64,000 bases of DNA from an uncultured Spirochaetota bacterium (GTDB lineage: Bacteria > Spirochaetota > UBA4802 > UBA5550): positions 256,001 through 320,000 of the forward strand of contig CAWHAA010000004.1 in the NCBI GenBank assembly GCA_963827275.1, read 5' to 3'. Made by a program: the position numbers and the translations under genes. Shown in pieces: positions 50,707 to 60,505 of the stretch. The stretch's first letter is position 1. Every line of letters starts with the position of its first letter. Under the pieces are notes generated by a model that was not told the DNA's origin, searched no databases, and saw only the letters and a list, made by a program, of their open reading frames with translations.

Positions 50707-51928
50707 ATGTCTAACGGCGCCGGATCAGGGCCATCGGGGATAATAACCAGGACGTACAAGGCCGGGTCCATCATATATTTCGAGAACGACAAGAGCGAGT
50801 ATATATACATACTCAAGGCCGGCAAGGTCGTCCTCACCTCGATCAAGCTGGATACGGGGGAGGAAACAAAGGAAGAGGTCCGGCAGGGCGAGTTCTTCGG
50901 CGTCAAGTCCGCGCTGGGAAAATACCCGCGCGAGGAGACGGCCCAGACGATGGGAAACACCATTGTCCTGGTGCTCACGCCGGCGGACTTTGAGCGCCTT
51001 GTGCTCAAGAACGCCAACGTGGTCAAGAAGATGCTCCGGGTGTTCAGCAACCAGCTCCGGCGCATCGTCAAGATGGAGCGCTCGGTCCTCGGCGAGGCGG
51101 AGATCGTGAATCCCGATGCCGAGCTCTTTAAAATCGGCGAATATTATTACAAGGCCGGCGTGGTGAAGCACGCGCAGTACGCCTACAAGCGTTACATGGA
51201 ATATTACCCGGACGGGCCGAACGCGGCCCTCGCGATGAAGCGCATCCGCGGCATCGACGCGGGCGAGCCGGCGCCGTCCGACATCGGCGGCCCGGACCCG
51301 GGACCGGCGGAATCGCCGGCGCGGCCCGCCAGGGCCGGCAGCGATTTTTCCATCGATGAGCCGGGCGGCGAGAGCGACATGATCGATTTCGACGACGACC
51401 TCGCACGAGGACGATCCGTCGCGCGGGAACTCGGACAGCACGCTGGCGCTGTCCGACGAGATGGACGATTTTCTGTCGGACAAAAACGCGCCGAGCATGG
51501 ATGATTTCTCCCTCGATGACGCGGCCGCGGGCGATTCCCCCGCCGAACTGAACAAAGCGGCGGACGCATCCTTTTCCAGGGGGAATTACAGCACCGCGCT
51601 GGGGATCTACCAGAAGATCATCGCCCTCAACAGGACGGCAGGGAACGACGAGAAGAAACTGCTCGAGAAGGCCCACTTCGACGCCGGGCGGTGCCTCATC
51701 GAGATGGGGAAACCGAAGGAGGCCCTCGACATCCTTTCGAAAATCCTGCGCAGTTTCCCCGGCTCGCCGTACGTGAAGATGTCCATCTACCACATCGGAT
51801 TGATCTTTGAATCGGTGAACCAGAAGGACAAGGCGATCACCTATTACAACAAGGTGCTCAACATGTCGCCGAAGGACAGGCTCAACAGCGAAGCGCTCAA
51901 CAAGATAAAACTTCTGCAGGGTAAGTAA
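50707..51928 (+). CDS. Cyclic-nucleotide-binding domain plus TPR protein; frameshift near 51403
   Basis: YILKAGKV...GEFFG...PREETA cNMP domain, TPR, acidic linker and C-terminal TPRs (51461..51928). Confidence 0.82.
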
Positions 51929-51929
51929 C

Positions 51930-52584
51930 ATGACGGCACTGGCTCTTGATGAGAGATTTTTCGAGAAATTCGGCGTGGAGTATTCCCCGAACGAGATAAT
52001 ATTCTGCGAATGGGAGCCGGGCAACGAGTTTTATTTCATCCAGTCCGGCAACGTCCGGATCGTCAAGCTGATCCAGAACAGGGAGAAGAACCTGAGCGTC
52101 CTCACCGACGGCGACGTGTTCGGCGAGATGGCGATACTCGAGGAGCAGCCCCGCTCGGCGACGGCGATCGCCATCGACCACGTGAAGCTCCTCAAGTTCC
52201 ACCGTGACAATTTCGACACGCTGATGTCGGGAAATCCCGCAGCTGGCGTACAAGCTCCTGGTGATCTTCTCCAAGCGGATCTACGACGCGAAGCGGCGCC
52301 TCATGATCCTCCTGCTCGAGGAGCCCCAGCTCAAGGTCATGGACGTCATTGTCATGCTCGCCGAGCAGGACCCGCACCTCGACCTGCAGAACGAGATAGC
52401 CCTCCAGGTGACGGCCCAGGACGTCGCGCGGTGGGCCGGGCTTTCGGAGTCTGACGCGCAAAAAGAATTGACACATTTGAGCCGCACTGACAAGATTGAA
52501 TTGTTCGGCGACAAGATCGTTGTCAAAAAGATAAGGGAATTCCAGCGGCTTGTTGCTTCAAGACGGAAGAGCATGTACCAGTAA
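51930..52584 (+). CDS. Crp/Fnr-family protein; frameshift near 52237
   Basis: [19 protein letters not shown]; an extra C separates GNP from [14 protein letters not shown] and the HTH-like [13 protein letters not shown]. Confidence 0.85.
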
Positions 52585-52641
52585 CACCCTCAACGTATCG
52601 TTGCCGATCCAGACAGTATGCCAAGATAGCAATTCAACAGT

Positions 52642-52715
52642 GCTCCCGTAGCTCAGGCGGATAGAGCAGCGGTTTCCTAAACCGTGTGCCGGAGGTTCGA
52701 GTCCTCCCGGGAGCG
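52642..52715 (+). tRNA. tRNA-Arg (anticodon CCT)
   Basis: GCTCCCG acceptor stem, TAGCTCAG..GGATAGAGC D arm, loop TTCCTAA, GGTTCGAGTCC T arm; CCA not encoded. Confidence 0.95.
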
Positions 52716-52726
52716 CAGATAATACA

Positions 52727-52751
52727 AGCGGTGGCAACCGCTCTTTTTTTT
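52727..52751 (+). terminator. Terminator-like hairpin between tRNA-Arg and prfA
   Basis: AGCGGT-GGCA-ACCGCT-C-T8. Confidence 0.65.
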
Positions 52752-52752
52752 C

Positions 52753-53835
52753 ATGCGAGGATTATGGATAGACAAGCTGAATAAAATAACAGAACGGTTC
52801 CGCGACCTGGAGCTTGAAATGAGCAAGCCCGAGGTCATCACGGACCAGAACCGGTTCAAGGGGCTCACCCGCGAGCGCTCCCAGCTGGCGCCGATCGTCA
52901 ACGCCTTTGACGATCTGAAGAAATCCAAGCGCCAGTTCGAGGACTCCTCTGCGCTTCTCAAGGATGAAAAAGACCCCGGCATGAAGGAGCTGCTCCAGAC
53001 GGACGTGGATGAGCTCGGGAAAAAAATCAGCGATCTGGAGGGCAGGCTCCTTATCATGCTGCTCCCCCGCGACCCCCATTCGGGAAAGGACGTTATCCTG
53101 GAGATCCGGGCCGGCACCGGCGGCGAGGAGGCGGCCCTGTTCGCGGCGGACCTCCTGCGCATGTACAGCCGCTACGCCGACATCAAGGGATGGAAGATTG
53201 AATACCTGAGCGTGAGCGACACCGGGCTGGGCGGATACAAGGAGGTCGTCATATCCGTCAGGAACCCCGAGGCGTATGACCGCCTGAAGTTCGAATCCGG
53301 CGGGCACCGCGTTCAGCGGATCCCCACCACCGAGGCCGGCGGCCGGATACACACCTCCGCCGTGACCGTCGCGGTGCTCCCCGAGGCGGAAGAGGACGAG
53401 ATCGACATCAACCCGGACGAGCTCCGCATCGACGTGTACCGGTCGTCCGGGCACGGCGGCCAGTCCGTGAACACGACCGATTCCGCGGTCCGGATCACCC
53501 ACCTTCCCACCGGCATGGTGGTCACCTGCCAGGATGAGAAGTCACAGCTCAAGAACAAGACCAAGGCGCTCCGCGTCCTGCGCGCGCGCCTCCTCGAAAA
53601 GGCCACCAGGGAGCGGATGGAGCGCGAGGCCGCCATCCGGAAATCGCTGGTCGGTTCGGGCGACCGGAGCGAGCGCATCCGGACCTACAACTTCCCGCAG
53701 TCGCGGCTGACGGACCACCGCATCGGGCTCACCCTCTATTCGCTCGAAAAGATCATGGAGGGGGACCTTGACCCGGTCATCGACGCACTCAAAAAACATG
53801 AAGTTGAAGAGGAATTGCACAAGATTGATATATAG
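52753..53835 (+). CDS. prfA: Peptide chain release factor 1
   Basis: EIRAGTGGEEA, HRVQRIPTTE (PxT), GGQ and RIRTYNFPQ; the true start is probably ATG 52764 after GAGGA, displaced by one extra G. Confidence 0.97.
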   Translation: MRGLWIDKLNKITERFRDLELEMSKPEVITDQNRFKGLTRERSQLAPIVNAFDDLKKSKRQFEDSSALLKDEKDPGMKELLQTDVDELGKKISDLEGRLLIMLLPRDPHSGKDVILEIRAGTGGEEAALFAADLLRMYSRYADIKGWKIEYLSVSDTGLGGYKEVVISVRNPEAYDRLKFESGGHRVQRIPTTEAGGRIHTSAVTVAVLPEAEEDEIDINPDELRIDVYRSSGHGGQSVNTTDSAVRITHLPTGMVVTCQDEKSQLKNKTKALRVLRARLLEKATRERMEREAAIRKSLVGSGDRSERIRTYNFPQSRLTDHRIGLTLYSLEKIMEGDLDPVIDALKKHEVEEELHKIDI

Positions 53836-53850
53836 CGGCGAGGTACCCCT

Positions 53851-54681
53851 GTGCGCGTTTCCCAGTTGCTGGCGGAAGTCGCGGCGCGGCTGAAGGCCGG
53901 CGGCGTCCCCGGGCCGGTCCTGGACGCCGAGCTGCTGGTGGCCCATGCGCTCGGCACCGAGCGGTACCGCCTCCGTATCGATGACGACCGGGAGCTCTCC
54001 CCGGCCGAGGAGCGCCTGGCCAACCGGCTGGCGAAGCGGCGGCTCGGCTTCGAGCCGGTGGCCTACATCCTGGGAAAGAAAGAATTCTACTCGCTCGACT
54101 TCATCGTGGGCAGGAGCGTCCTCATCCCCCGGCCGGAAACGGAGCTTTTGGTGGACATGGTTGTTTACCACGCGCGGCAGAACGCGCGCGTGGTCGATAT
54201 CGGCACCGGCTCCGGCGCCATCGCGGTGTCCGTAAAGCACACCCGCGCCGACCTGGAGGTGCACGCAACGGACATTTCGGCAAAAGCCCTGGCCGTCGCG
54301 CGGAAAAATGCATCGCGTCTGCTCGGTACGAACGCCATCAGGTTCCACCGGGGGGACCTGTTCGCCCCGCTCCCGGCGGTGTCTTTCCAGGTGATAGCGG
54401 CGAACCCCCCGTACGTGGACCGGCGCGCTGCGGACTCGCTGCAGAAGGACCTTTCGTACGAGCCGGAGGAGGCTCTTTTTGCAGGCAGGGGCGGCAGGGA
54501 GACAATCGAGCGGCTGGTGACAGACGCGCCGCAACACCTCGCGGAGGACGGCGTGCTGATAATCGAAATCGGCGCTGATATGGGCGATTTTGTGAAGCGG
54601 GCCGGCGCTGAGAGCGGCTTCGCGGTGTCAGTGCTGAAGGACTATTCCGGGTTGCCCCGGATAGCGGTGATGAAAAAATAG
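53851..54681 (+). CDS. prmC: Release factor glutamine methyltransferase
   Basis: EPVAYILG, VLIPRPETE, DIGTGSG and NPPY; follows prfA. Confidence 0.96.
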   Translation: MRVSQLLAEVAARLKAGGVPGPVLDAELLVAHALGTERYRLRIDDDRELSPAEERLANRLAKRRLGFEPVAYILGKKEFYSLDFIVGRSVLIPRPETELLVDMVVYHARQNARVVDIGTGSGAIAVSVKHTRADLEVHATDISAKALAVARKNASRLLGTNAIRFHRGDLFAPLPAVSFQVIAANPPYVDRRAADSLQKDLSYEPEEALFAGRGGRETIERLVTDAPQHLAEDGVLIIEIGADMGDFVKRAGAESGFAVSVLKDYSGLPRIAVMKK

Positions 54682-54696
54682 CTCCGGCGGGAAACC

Positions 54697-56052
54697 ATGG
54701 CTGCGACACCCATCATACGGAACCAGTTAAAGAAGATTACCACCTTCGTGTATATCCTGATACTGCTGTATCTGGCCAACATCATCTCCATCCTGAAGTT
54801 CAAGTGGGACGTCATCCCCATCATCGTGAATGTGTACCTGTTCGTGTTCTCGTTCTATCTCATCTTCAACTTTTCCCTGATCGAAATACCTCCTCTCAAG
54901 GAAGAATACCGCAGGCTCTATCCGCGGCTGGGAGGGGGAGTGATTCTTTTCTTCAAGACCAGGGTCTTCCCCTTCATGGTCATTTATGCCGCCACGGTCA
55001 TCTATACCCTCATTAATTACCTTGATAAGGGGAACTGGCCCTGGTACCCGATTCTGGAACTGCTGGACGGCAGGTTTACCAACACCGTGTTCTATTCTCT
55101 CATTCTCCTCCTTATCCTTAAATTCAACCGCCGTCCCAGGCTGACCCTTCTCATCTTTGTGGCAGGGGCCGCCTTCTATTTCCTGATCTACCAGCTGGTG
55201 TTTTACCTGTCGCTCAGCGGGGCGGCAATGTCATTGATTAAATTTTTCCAGATAATGATAGCGGTCATGCTGATGGTATATGAATTCCTCGCCGACAAGA
55301 TCGTCCTGGACAGGGCCATCATAAAAAAGGCCGTTATCGGGGGCGTGGTCATCGGCGTCCTCATGTATTCCACCTTCGTCGGATCGCACATGCTCCTGTT
55401 CCGCTTCAGCAGCTTCGCGTCGTACCCGCAGACCCGGTCCGGCCAGATACTCCTGCGCCTCGGCTATTCGTTTCCCCTTGAAAAGTTCAAGTCGCTGGTC
55501 ACGGAAACCTCGGACCCCTACCTGCTGTATGATTACATATATTACTCGCGGGCCTACAACCGGCCCTACAAGATCACCCCCGCCGAATGGGAGAACCTTG
55601 TCCTCTCGGGCTCGATGGAAGTTTCGAACATCATCGCGTTTTACCTGGAGGTCCTGGACGTGACCGTATCGTACAACCAGGTCATATCGTACGCGGAACG
55701 CCGCTCCATCGATTCCGGCGAGGCCCTGCTCAATTCGGTGTATTACACCAGGTACATGTCCCGCTATTGCGAGGAGAACATCGACGACTTGATCGAGCGG
55801 TACCGGGGCGGCAACAAGTATTACAAGATATGGATCATCCGGGTCATTGCCGAGTCGAAGAGCATCGCCCCGGTCCCCTTCCTCATCACCCTCCTGACCG
55901 ATATCGACCCGAAGCTTTCGCAGGAGGCCTACGCGTCCCTCGCCGGGATAACCGGCATTGACCCGGCGAAGGACCTCCGGGACAGGGTCAACAGCCCGGC
56001 GGTCATCACGAGGTTCAATGCGTTTTATCGGGACTCGCGCAATAAGGATTGA
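54697..56052 (+). CDS. Multi-pass membrane protein with C-terminal HEAT-like repeat
   Basis: About 7 TM helices; VPFLITLLTD...EAYASLAGITG. Confidence 0.75.
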   Translation: MAATPIIRNQLKKITTFVYILILLYLANIISILKFKWDVIPIIVNVYLFVFSFYLIFNFSLIEIPPLKEEYRRLYPRLGGGVILFFKTRVFPFMVIYAATVIYTLINYLDKGNWPWYPILELLDGRFTNTVFYSLILLLILKFNRRPRLTLLIFVAGAAFYFLIYQLVFYLSLSGAAMSLIKFFQIMIAVMLMVYEFLADKIVLDRAIIKKAVIGGVVIGVLMYSTFVGSHMLLFRFSSFASYPQTRSGQILLRLGYSFPLEKFKSLVTETSDPYLLYDYIYYSRAYNRPYKITPAEWENLVLSGSMEVSNIIAFYLEVLDVTVSYNQVISYAERRSIDSGEALLNSVYYTRYMSRYCEENIDDLIERYRGGNKYYKIWIIRVIAESKSIAPVPFLITLLTDIDPKLSQEAYASLAGITGIDPAKDLRDRVNSPAVITRFNAFYRDSRNKD

Positions 56053-56671
56053 CCGGGCACCGGTCGCAGAGCGGCCGCCGGGCGTGGCAGACGGCCCTGC
56101 CGTGGCGGATCAGGAGCAGGTGGGCGAGCGTCCATTGCCGTTCCGGGATGCAGGAGGTGAGGGCGCGCTCAACGGCCAGGGGATTGTGCGAATCAACATA
56201 GGCAAGCCGGTTTGCGATCCGCATGACATGCGTGTCCACCGCAAGGGCCGGTACGCCGAAGCCCATCGAAAGGATGACGTTCGCCGATTTTCTGCCGATG
56301 CCCGGGAGCCGCTCGAGCTCCCCGCGCGACGCGGGGAGCCTGCCGCCGTGCTCTTCCACCACCGCCGCCGCCATCTCGATAATGTTTTTCGACTTGTTCC
56401 GGTAGAAGCCGGTGCTGCGGATGACCCGCCGCACGTCGGCGGGGCGGGCCCGCGCCAGGGACGGAAAATCGGGATAGGCGCGGAACAGCTCCCCGGTCAC
56501 GCCGTTGACCTGCCTGTCGGTGGTCTGGGCGGACAGGATGACCGCCACGGCAAGCTGGTAGCGGTTTGAATACATGAGATCGGGCTTGACGTCCGGGTAG
56601 TGCCGCTGCAGTGCGCGCATGATTTTTCGCGAGAGCTCTTTTGTCATGGTCATAGCGCCGGGCGCGGTCAC
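56015..56671 (-). CDS. nth: Endonuclease III
   Basis: LSAQTTD, LPGIGRKSAN, VDTHV and CHARRPLCDRCPVNPYC. Confidence 0.96.
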   Translation of the reverse strand: MTAPGAMTMTKELSRKIMRALQRHYPDVKPDLMYSNRYQLAVAVILSAQTTDRQVNGVTGELFRAYPDFPSLARARPADVRRVIRSTGFYRNKSKNIIEMAAAVVEEHGGRLPASRGELERLPGIGRKSANVILSMGFGVPALAVDTHVMRIANRLAYVDSHNPLAVERALTSCIPERQWTLAHLLLIRHGRAVCHARRPLCDRCPVNPYCASPDKTH

Positions 56672-57294
56672 GTGACCGCGCTTCCGCCTCCGTCTCCCTG
56701 GCTGCTCAACGATTCAAGTATCTCCCTCGCTTTTTCCAGCGCCTTCGCCCGGTGGCTGATCCTGTTTTTTTCATCAAGGGGCAGCTCGGCCATGGTCTTC
56801 CCGATGTCCGGAAGCAAGAAGATCGGGTCGTAGCCGAAGCCGTGTGCCCCGCTCATCGATTCGGCAATGGCCCCCTCGCATGAGGCTTCGGCGTGCCAGC
56901 TCCTGCCGTCAGGGAAGACGATCGCGATGACGCACACGAAGCGGGCGCTGCGCCTGCCCGCCGGCACGCCCTTCATTTCGCCGAGGATTTTTTGGTTGCG
57001 GTCGGTGTCGCTGGCACCCGGGCCGCCATAGCGCGCCGAGAATATCCCCGGCCGGCCGTCAAGGGCGTCCACGACCAGGCCGGAGTCGTCGGCCATGGAT
57101 GGATAACCGGTGAATCGGGCTATCTCCCGCGCCTTTTTGAACGCGTTCTCCCTGAAGCTTGTGCCGTCTTCAACGACATCAGGGGCGCCGGGGAACTCGT
57201 CCAGCGGCGCCAGCTCAAGGGAAGCGACGGAAGCGAACTTGCCGCGGATTTCCGTTATTTTATTCCGGTTGTTCGTGGCTATGACCAGCTTCAT
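56668..57294 (-). CDS. rdgB: XTP/dITP diphosphatase (HAM1)
   Basis: ATNNRNK, ENA, DDSGL, GFGYDPIF and KNRISHR. Confidence 0.96.
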   Translation of the reverse strand: MKLVIATNNRNKITEIRGKFASVASLELAPLDEFPGAPDVVEDGTSFRENAFKKAREIARFTGYPSMADDSGLVVDALDGRPGIFSARYGGPGASDTDRNQKILGEMKGVPAGRRSARFVCVIAIVFPDGRSWHAEASCEGAIAESMSGAHGFGYDPIFLLPDIGKTMAELPLDEKNRISHRAKALEKAREILESLSSQGDGGGSAVT

Positions 57295-57405
57295 ATCGCG
57301 GTAACGGGGATGAAAAAATTTTTGTATTTGTTCATAAAAACAGATTGAAATACCCGCTTAATTTTATCAAATATAATTTAAGATCACCGCACCGCGCAGG
57401 GGCAC

Positions 57406-59451
57406 ATGAAACTCTCAATTATCGAATTTGTCTTCCTCCTCTTCTCGGACACGGCGGTGGCCGCGATCCTGTTTTACCTCTATTCCCAGTACCATATCAT
57501 TCACAGCAGGATGGTTTACATCCTGATAGGGGTCATATTCCTGCTTATTATCGTCCGCGCCATGCTGTTTTTCATCGGGAACTGGTTTATCTACCGCCGG
57601 CGCATCAATATCATCAAGGAAGTGGTGGGCGACTTCAAGAAGGGGAAGTTCACCCACTCGCTCCCGGCCGCCAGGATCGGCAATGATCTTGACGAGATAT
57701 TGAACGAGCTGATGATCGCGGGCAGGCACCTGGACAGCATCATGACGGCCCAGAAGAAGGAGATCGATAATTTCATCGAGCTGTACAACAGCATCATTTT
57801 TTCCATAAGCTCGTACTTCATCGTCCTGGGCGACGACGACCGGGTGCTGTTCGCCAACGACGGGTTCTACAAGAAGTTCCAGTTCCAGCGCGACGAGATA
57901 TACAACAAGAGGATCGAGGACATCTTCTATTTCGTCAACGCGCGCCTCAAGGGGGGGGTCGCACAGGTGCGGCTGACCGGCAGGACCGAGGTGCTTGAAA
58001 AAACACACCTCCTCACCCTGAACAAGGTTTCCGTCATCGCCGACATCAAGATATCGAACATCGTCGTGAAGGATGCCAGCCAGATTATCATCATCATCGA
58101 TGACATCACCAGGAAGATCAGGAATGATTACCAGATATCGCTGATGAGCCAGATATCGGAGTCGATCCAGAAGGACGACGAGATCGACCGCGTCCTGTTC
58201 ACGATCCTGACGGGGGTCACCTCCGGCTCCGGCCTCGGGTTCAACCGCGCGATGCTGTTCCTGGTGGAGGAGGGTGTCCTCACCGGGAAGATGGCGGTGG
58301 GCCCCGATTCCTTCGAGGAGGCCATCGAGATATGGACAGCGGCTTCCACGGTCACCCCGGACGGGTCGATCAAGGAGATAACCTCCGCCGAGATGAAGGC
58401 GGGCCTGAACCTCCTGAACCGCGTCCTCGCGGTGCGGTTGCCGCTCAGGGGCGACGACGTGTTCATCAGCGCCCTGACGGGCATGGAGAGCATCCTGGTC
58501 GGCGACTCGTGGAACGACCCGCGGGTCACGGCGGAGATACGCGAGCTCATGGACGTCAAGGAGTTCATCGTTACGCCCCTGGTGGCGGTGAACAGGGGGA
58601 TCGGGCTCATCGTTGCGGACAACAAGTTCAATAATGCGCCGATACTCAAGGACAGCATCGAGCTCCTGTCAATCTTCGCCTCGCAGGCGGCGATGTCCAT
58701 TGAGAGCTATTCAAACCTGGACACGGTGCGCAGCGAGATGCAGAAGCTGTCCGAGAGGCAGAACGCCATCGTCGAGTCCGAAAAGCTCGCGGCCGTCGGC
58801 CGGATCGCCGCCCACATGGCCCACGAGATACGGAACCCCCTGGTGACCATGGGGGGGTACGCGCGCCGGATCATGCAGCTTCCAAAAGAGAGGTCGAAGA
58901 TCAGCAAAAAGATCGACGCCTCCGCGGAGATCATCCTCAAGGAGTGCGAGCGCCTGGAGAAGACCCTCTCTAACGTCATGGATTTCTCACGGCCGGCAAA
59001 ATTCATCAAGGAGTTCAACAACATCAATGACGTGATCACCGACACCGTGGCGCTGCTGAAAAACCTCTTCCAGGAGAAGAAGGTCGCCGTGGAGCTGCAC
59101 CTCGGAAGCGACCTGCCCCTGGTGAAGTCCGATTTCAACCAGATGAAGCAGGTCATGCTGAACCTGCTCCAGAATGCGCTCGATGCCACGCCGCCGGGGG
59201 GCACCATCACCATCAGGTCCGGCAGCGACGGCGAAGTGATCAATATCAATATCAGCGACAGCGGCGGGGGGATCGACGAGGAAGACCCGAACGTGGTGTT
59301 CGAGCCGTTCTACACCACCAAGGTCACGGGCGTGGGCCTGGGGCTCGCCATCGTAAAAAAAATCATAAAGGACCACAACGGGATGATCAAGGCCGCAAAC
59401 CGTGAGGAGGGAGGGGCTGAATTCGTCATCAGGCTGCCGGTCCCGGGGTAG
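57406..59451 (+). CDS. Membrane sensor histidine kinase (2 TM, HAMP-like, PAS-like, GAF, HisKA, HATPase)
   Basis: AHEIRNPL, QVMLNLLQNA, DSGGGI and FEPFYTTK..GVGLGL. Confidence 0.95.
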   Translation: MKLSIIEFVFLLFSDTAVAAILFYLYSQYHIIHSRMVYILIGVIFLLIIVRAMLFFIGNWFIYRRRINIIKEVVGDFKKGKFTHSLPAARIGNDLDEILNELMIAGRHLDSIMTAQKKEIDNFIELYNSIIFSISSYFIVLGDDDRVLFANDGFYKKFQFQRDEIYNKRIEDIFYFVNARLKGGVAQVRLTGRTEVLEKTHLLTLNKVSVIADIKISNIVVKDASQIIIIIDDITRKIRNDYQISLMSQISESIQKDDEIDRVLFTILTGVTSGSGLGFNRAMLFLVEEGVLTGKMAVGPDSFEEAIEIWTAASTVTPDGSIKEITSAEMKAGLNLLNRVLAVRLPLRGDDVFISALTGMESILVGDSWNDPRVTAEIRELMDVKEFIVTPLVAVNRGIGLIVADNKFNNAPILKDSIELLSIFASQAAMSIESYSNLDTVRSEMQKLSERQNAIVESEKLAAVGRIAAHMAHEIRNPLVTMGGYARRIMQLPKERSKISKKIDASAEIILKECERLEKTLSNVMDFSRPAKFIKEFNNINDVITDTVALLKNLFQEKKVAVELHLGSDLPLVKSDFNQMKQVMLNLLQNALDATPPGGTITIRSGSDGEVININISDSGGGIDEEDPNVVFEPFYTTKVTGVGLGLAIVKKIIKDHNGMIKAANREEGGAEFVIRLPVPG

Positions 59452-59604
59452 AAATATTACCCGGGATGGAACCCTGACCCCGAGATATAATAATTTCAAA
59501 CTTTGAACTCATAGTAGATATTCAAATTTATTTATTGAAAAAAATGGCGTGTTATTCTATATTATAAGAGTTGCAGGATGTATTACGAAGGGTGGAGGGT
59601 TGCC

Positions 59605-59964
59605 ATGGCGCGGTTATTGATTGTTGAGGACGAAAAACACCAGAGAGAGCTCTATGTCATGGAATTCGAGGACGAGGGCTATGAAGTCGACCAGGCATCA
59701 AACGGGAAAGAGGCGGTGGACCTGGTGAAGGCGAACAAGTACGACCTGGTCATCATGGATATCCGCATGCCGGAAATGGACGGCATTGAAGCGCTGGGGA
59801 AGATACTCTCGCGCGACAAGAAGATCCCGATCATCATCTATACCGCGTATTCCAATTACAAGAGCAATTTCATGACCTGGACGGCGGACGCCTATGTAAC
59901 GAAATCATCAAACCTTGATGAGATAAAGGGCAAAGTCCGGGAAGTGCTGGCGGCGCGCGCCTGA
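59605..59964 (+). CDS. Single-domain response regulator
   Basis: LIVEDE, DLVIMDIRMPEMDG, YTAY and TK. Confidence 0.95.
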   Translation: MARLLIVEDEKHQRELYVMEFEDEGYEVDQASNGKEAVDLVKANKYDLVIMDIRMPEMDGIEALGKILSRDKKIPIIIYTAYSNYKSNFMTWTADAYVTKSSNLDEIKGKVREVLAARA

Positions 59965-60003
59965 ATCCCGCGAAACTCCTGCGACCCTGATCGTTTTTTG
60001 GGC

Positions 60004-60035
60004 AAAAAAAAAGGATGCTTGGAAGCATCCTTTTT
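60004..60035. terminator. Bidirectional terminator
   Basis: A9-GGATGCTT-GG-AAGCATCC-T5 between convergent genes. Confidence 0.85.
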
Positions 60036-60055
60036 CCATTCACGTGTGAATTAAC

Positions 60056-60220
60056 TTACTTGGTTTCGGCCGGTTTGGCTTCTTCAGCAGCCGGAGCGGC
60101 TTCTTCAGTTTGTTCTACTGCAGGCTCTTCAGCAGGTTTGTCTTTCTTGCAAGCAACAAAGCCAGCGCTGAAAGCGAGGGCGAACATGGAAATGAAGATC
60201 ATAGTAAAAATTCTTTTCAT
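60056..60220 (-). CDS. Small acidic Ala/Glu/Pro-rich lipoprotein (54 aa)
   Basis: AAGGAG RBS; lipobox FVA-C followed by KKDKPAEEPAVEQTEEAAPAAEEAKPAETK. Confidence 0.85.
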   Translation of the reverse strand: MKRIFTMIFISMFALAFSAGFVACKKDKPAEEPAVEQTEEAAPAAEEAKPAETK

Positions 60221-60505
60221 ACTAAATACTCCTTCTATTTGTATTTTTAAATTTTTGTGCATCATTTGTATAATGCCATAAAAAAATCAATAAAAAAAAT
60301 AAAATGACGCCTTAAAAAAGATAAAATTTATTATGTCGTTAACATAATAAATTATGACATATAAGACAAAAAAAGGTTGGGACGTCAATATTTTTTATAA
60401 ATTTTTAATAATTTTTTCAAAATCTTTGAATAAATACGGCAATTCATACAGAGTTGCCTGAGGGTGCGCACGCTGCCTGTAACAGGCCGTGTGCGCGGCG
60501 GGAGC

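Noticed and set aside
52642..52715. tRNA-Arg as an integration site for an island
   Set aside because: No integrase, no duplicated tRNA 3' end seen, and flanked by core genes
52753..52770. Programmed frameshift in a release factor gene
   Set aside because: The gene is RF1 (PxT motif), not RF2, and there is no CTT-TGA slippery site; the extra G is better explained as a sequence error
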